Assembly: GCA_038252255.1 (NCBI GenBank)
Contig: JBBSAM010000005.1
Span: forward strand, 94,040-158,039
Source of the DNA: Acidimicrobiia bacterium
GTDB lineage: Bacteria; Actinomycetota; Acidimicrobiia; IMCC26256; JAENVU01
Direction: 5' to 3'
Length of the DNA: 64,000 nucleotides
Below the pieces are notes generated by a model, which saw only the letters and a program-made list of their open reading frames with translations, did no database searches and was not told the origin of the DNA. Of the stretch, positions 61,279 through 64,000 are shown in pieces (position 1 is the first letter of the stretch; the number at the start of each line of letters is the position of its first letter). The translations under genes and the position numbers were made by a program.

Positions 61279-64000
61279 CTAGCCGGGGGTGCCGGCCATG
61301 AGGGCGAAGGCGGTCTCCCAGCCGATCGCCCGCTGCTCGTCGGCCGGCGCGGCGCTGTCGAGTGCGGCGCGGGCGAGCCGTACGACGAACTGGTCGAGCG
61401 GTGAGTGCGTGGATTCGACGACGTTCGCGGCGCGGTCGAATGCTGCGTGTGCGGCACCCGTGTCGCCCATGCGGTGCAGCGCGAACCCTCGCGCGAGCTC
61501 CAGGCGGTAGCGGTCCACGAACGTGACCACCAGGTCGTCGGCCTCCGCGCAGATCTCGAGTGCCTCCTCGGCGTCCCCGTGCGCGACGAGCGCCGCCGCG
61601 AACGCGACATCGGCAGCGGCTTCCGGTCCGCGGCTCTCGGTAGCCGCGCGCGCGGATCGGAGCGTGGAGACGGCGCCGGCGACATCACCGTGCTGCAGCT
61701 GGGCGAGCCCCCAGAGCGTGTGTTGCTCGTCGGTGAGGAACCGGTCCTCGACGGCACGGAGCTCCTCGAGCATGCCGGCCGCCAGCTCGAACGCTTCGGG
61801 ATCTCCGGCTTGGACGGCGAGCGCGACGCGCAGCACGGTGGCCAGGCGTCGCATGGACTGATCCGGCACCCGTCGGGCGACCACGTCTGCGTCGTCGACC
61901 AGCGCCCGGGCCTCGGTCGTCCGGAGGCACGCGTTGAATGCGATCGTCGCCGGTCCGACCGATTGGAGCTCGCCCCACGGGTCGCCGAGCTCCTGGAAGA
62001 CCGTGCGCGCCTCGGCGGCAAACGAGATCGCATCCATCGGCTCGCCCCGCCAGAGCGACACGTTGGCGAGCAGCACCCGCATGATCGCCGCAGCCCAGCG
62101 ATTCCCCAGCTCGGTGGCCTCCTGCAGGATCCGTTCGGCGAGCACGGCGGCTTCGTCGAGTCGGCCCTGAGTGAACCGGACCCACGCGAGGAGACCGAGC
62201 GCCCAGCTCATCCCGCCCCAGTCCCCGAGCTCCCCAAACGCGGTTGCGGACGCGTCGAGCCGCCGTTCGGCTTCTTCGGCGTGGCCGCGTACGAACGAGA
62301 TCCACGCGAGGTTCTGCAGGGCCCAGGCCTCACCGCGCAGGTGCTCGATCGCGCGGAAGATGTCCAGCGCCTCGTCAATGAACACCGCCGCACCATCCGG
62401 GTTCCCACCGAACAGCTCGGTGAGCCCGCGGAAGCGCAGCGCGTCGCCCAACCCCCGCTGGTCGCCGAGCTCACGCCAGCGGGCGACCGCGTCGTCGAGT
62501 GACTTCGCCGACCCGACGAGGTCGCCCTCCTTGTACTGCACGTCGCCGAGAACGGTCCGCGCCGCGGCCATCGCGGGGCGGTCGTCCAGGTCCTCGGCGG
62601 TCGCGAGCACGGTGACGAGGTCTTCGCGCGCACCGGCACAATCGCGCAGCTCGGCGCGCGCCCTGGCGCGCGCGAGTCGGAGCGCAAGCTGGCTGACGAC
62701 GTCGCCGTGGTCGATGAGAGGGATCGCGTGACTCAGGTACTTGTCGGCGGTGGTCCAGTCGTCGCGACGCTCGGCCTTCTCGGCCGCGCGCGTGAGGAAG
62801 CGGATACCGGCCGGGACCATCCCGCTGGGCAGGCCGTCGATCGGGCCGAGCTCGGCCATGAGCGACGCCGCGAGGTTGAAGTGGTATGCGAGCCGATCGA
62901 GCACCTCCTCGATCCGGTCGTTGGCTTCCGCGTCCTCGGCAAGCAGCTTCGACACCGAGCCGTGGCGCCGCGCGCGTTCGGCTTTCGTGAGCGTCCCGTA
63001 GGCGACGTCCCGGGTGAGCTCGTTGCGGAAGCGGAACTCGTCGCCGTCGATCTCGAGCAGATCCCGCTCGGCGAGGCGGGCGAGCGGGGGATCGGCCTCG
63101 TTGCCGCGGCCGTGGGCCAGGGCGCGCACCAGGTCCAGCGGGCCTGTGTTGCCGATGACCGCGGCATCTTCGAGCGTGACCCGATCGAGCGGCTCCAGCC
63201 GGTCGAGGCGGGCGGCGAGGAGGCCGTGCAAGGTGGCAGGGAGCTCGCGGGCGCCATCGGTGGCCGGCGCCTCGCCGAGCATCGCGACGAGCTCCTCGAT
63301 GAAGAACGGGTTGCCGCCACTGCGCTCACGGAGGATGGTCACGAGCTCGGTGTCCGCATCGGGCAGCAGCGAGCGGAGCAGCTCGTCCGTGTCTTCGTTC
63401 GCGAGCGGGTCGAGGTTGACGTGCAGCGTGTTGTGGCGGCCCGCTGTCGGCGTCCAGCGGTCGGTCAGCTCCGGTCGCGTCGTGCCGACGAGCACGACCG
63501 GAGCCGAGGCGAGATGGGCGAGCAGGCGCGGGAGGAACTCGAGCACCTGGTCGTCGGCCCAGTGGAGGTCGGAGAGAACGAGGAGGAGCGGCCGATCGCT
63601 CGCGAGCCCGGCGAAGAACGTCAGCGCGGCGCGCGATGCCTCTTCACGCGCCCGCGTGGGATCGACACCCTCGCCCGGGTCGCCCTCGAGCATCAGGTAG
63701 AGGAGCCCTTCGGTGATCCGGCCGATCTCGGGGTCGGATTCCTCCAGCGCCAAGCTCCGCTGCACCGCACTGCGGGTGCATGTCGGCACCTGCGCGCCGG
63801 TGTCGGTGAGATCCACCTCGCACGCGTCGGCCACCATCGCCGCGATCGGCCACCAGATGTTCGTCTCTCCGTACGGGATGCACTGCCCGTTCAGGACCCG
63901 CGCCCCCTGCTCGCACTGTGCGATCGTGCCGAGCTCGGATGCGATCCGCGACTTGCCGACGCCGGCCTCGCCCGTCACGAGGACGAGGTGGGCCCGCTTG
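61279..64000 (-). CDS. STAND-type P-loop NTPase with long TPR-like C-terminal region (N-terminus outside window)
   Basis: The Walker A motif GEAGVGKS lies at the window edge and the frame continues past 64000. It has Walker B-like LLLVLSDLHWAD and more than 500 aa of TPR-like helical repeats. Confidence 0.8.
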   Translation of the reverse strand, partial: KRAHLVLVTGEAGVGKSRIASELGTIAQCEQGARVLNGQCIPYGETNIWWPIAAMVADACEVDLTDTGAQVPTCTRSAVQRSLALEESDPEIGRITEGLLYLMLEGDPGEGVDPTRAREEASRAALTFFAGLASDRPLLLVLSDLHWADDQVLEFLPRLLAHLASAPVVLVGTTRPELTDRWTPTAGRHNTLHVNLDPLANEDTDELLRSLLPDADTELVTILRERSGGNPFFIEELVAMLGEAPATDGARELPATLHGLLAARLDRLEPLDRVTLEDAAVIGNTGPLDLVRALAHGRGNEADPPLARLAERDLLEIDGDEFRFRNELTRDVAYGTLTKAERARRHGSVSKLLAEDAEANDRIEEVLDRLAYHFNLAASLMAELGPIDGLPSGMVPAGIRFLTRAAEKAERRDDWTTADKYLSHAIPLIDHGDVVSQLALRLARARARAELRDCAGAREDLVTVLATAEDLDDRPAMAAARTVLGDVQYKEGDLVGSAKSLDDAVARWRELGDQRGLGDALRFRGLTELFGGNPDGAAVFIDEALDIFRAIEHLRGEAWALQNLAWISFVRGHAEEAERRLDASATAFGELGDWGGMSWALGLLAWVRFTQGRLDEAAVLAERILQEATELGNRWAAAIMRVLLANVSLWRGEPMDAISFAAEARTVFQELGDPWGELQSVGPATIAFNACLRTTEARALVDDADVVARRVPDQSMRRLATVLRVALAVQAGDPEAFELAAGMLEELRAVEDRFLTDEQHTLWGLAQLQHGDVAGAVSTLRSARAATESRGPEAAADVAFAAALVAHGDAEEALEICAEADDLVVTFVDRYRLELARGFALHRMGDTGAAHAAFDRAANVVESTHSPLDQFVVRLARAALDSAAPADEQRAIGWETAFALMAGTPG

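Overview
This is a very GC-rich, actinobacterial-type chromosomal segment, densely packed with housekeeping genes that lie mostly on the + strand. The backbone runs: RNase E/G (partial)-rplU-rpmA-obg-proB-proA; nadD-LCP-rsfS; leuS; comEA-comEC-folP-holA; rpsT; lepA; hemW-hrcA-dnaJ-rsmE; phoH-ybeY-CorC/TlyC-era; a caa3-type cytochrome oxidase operon (ctaC-ctaD-ctaE-subunit IV-ctaG) followed by two cupredoxins; uppS; recO; glyQS; ppdK; dgt-dnaG-rpoD. It ends with a small sugar/acid cluster (FGGY kinase, beta-hydroxyacid dehydrogenase, RidA, NagB-like) and a partial STAND/TPR ATPase. I folded three tRNAs by hand: Ala-GGC, Asn-GTT and Met/Ile2-CAT. Three inserts interrupt the backbone. (1) A MoxR-VWA pair plus an ACT protein sit between proA and nadD. 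(2) An orphan HisH/HisF-like amidotransferase pair with a 522-aa polytopic membrane protein lies next to tRNA-Ala, preceded by a 6 x 13-bp repeat array. (3) Downstream of rpoD is a tRNA-bracketed, compositionally atypical Clp-centred module. It contains a perfect LexA (Cheo/SOS) box between a small membrane protein and an HTH/LAGLIDADG-like gene whose stop codon lies inside tRNA-Asn. It also contains a catalytically dead ClpP paralogue translationally coupled to an XRE regulator, an active clpP, and a ClpC1-N-domain + ClpX-zinc-ribbon protein with no AAA+ module. Two sequence-level oddities stand out. First, two paralogous 96-nt, 31-codon mini-ORF/leader elements are start-stop coupled to unrelated genes (the cox subunit IV gene and a J-like/RDD gene). 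Second, a near-identical 2 x 71-bp tandem duplication sits exactly at the phoH/ybeY junction and creates a chain of GTGA-coupled mini-ORFs. I recognised no rRNA, CRISPR, transposase or integrase. Many long ORFs in the track are antisense or out-of-frame shadows typical of high-GC DNA and were not called.
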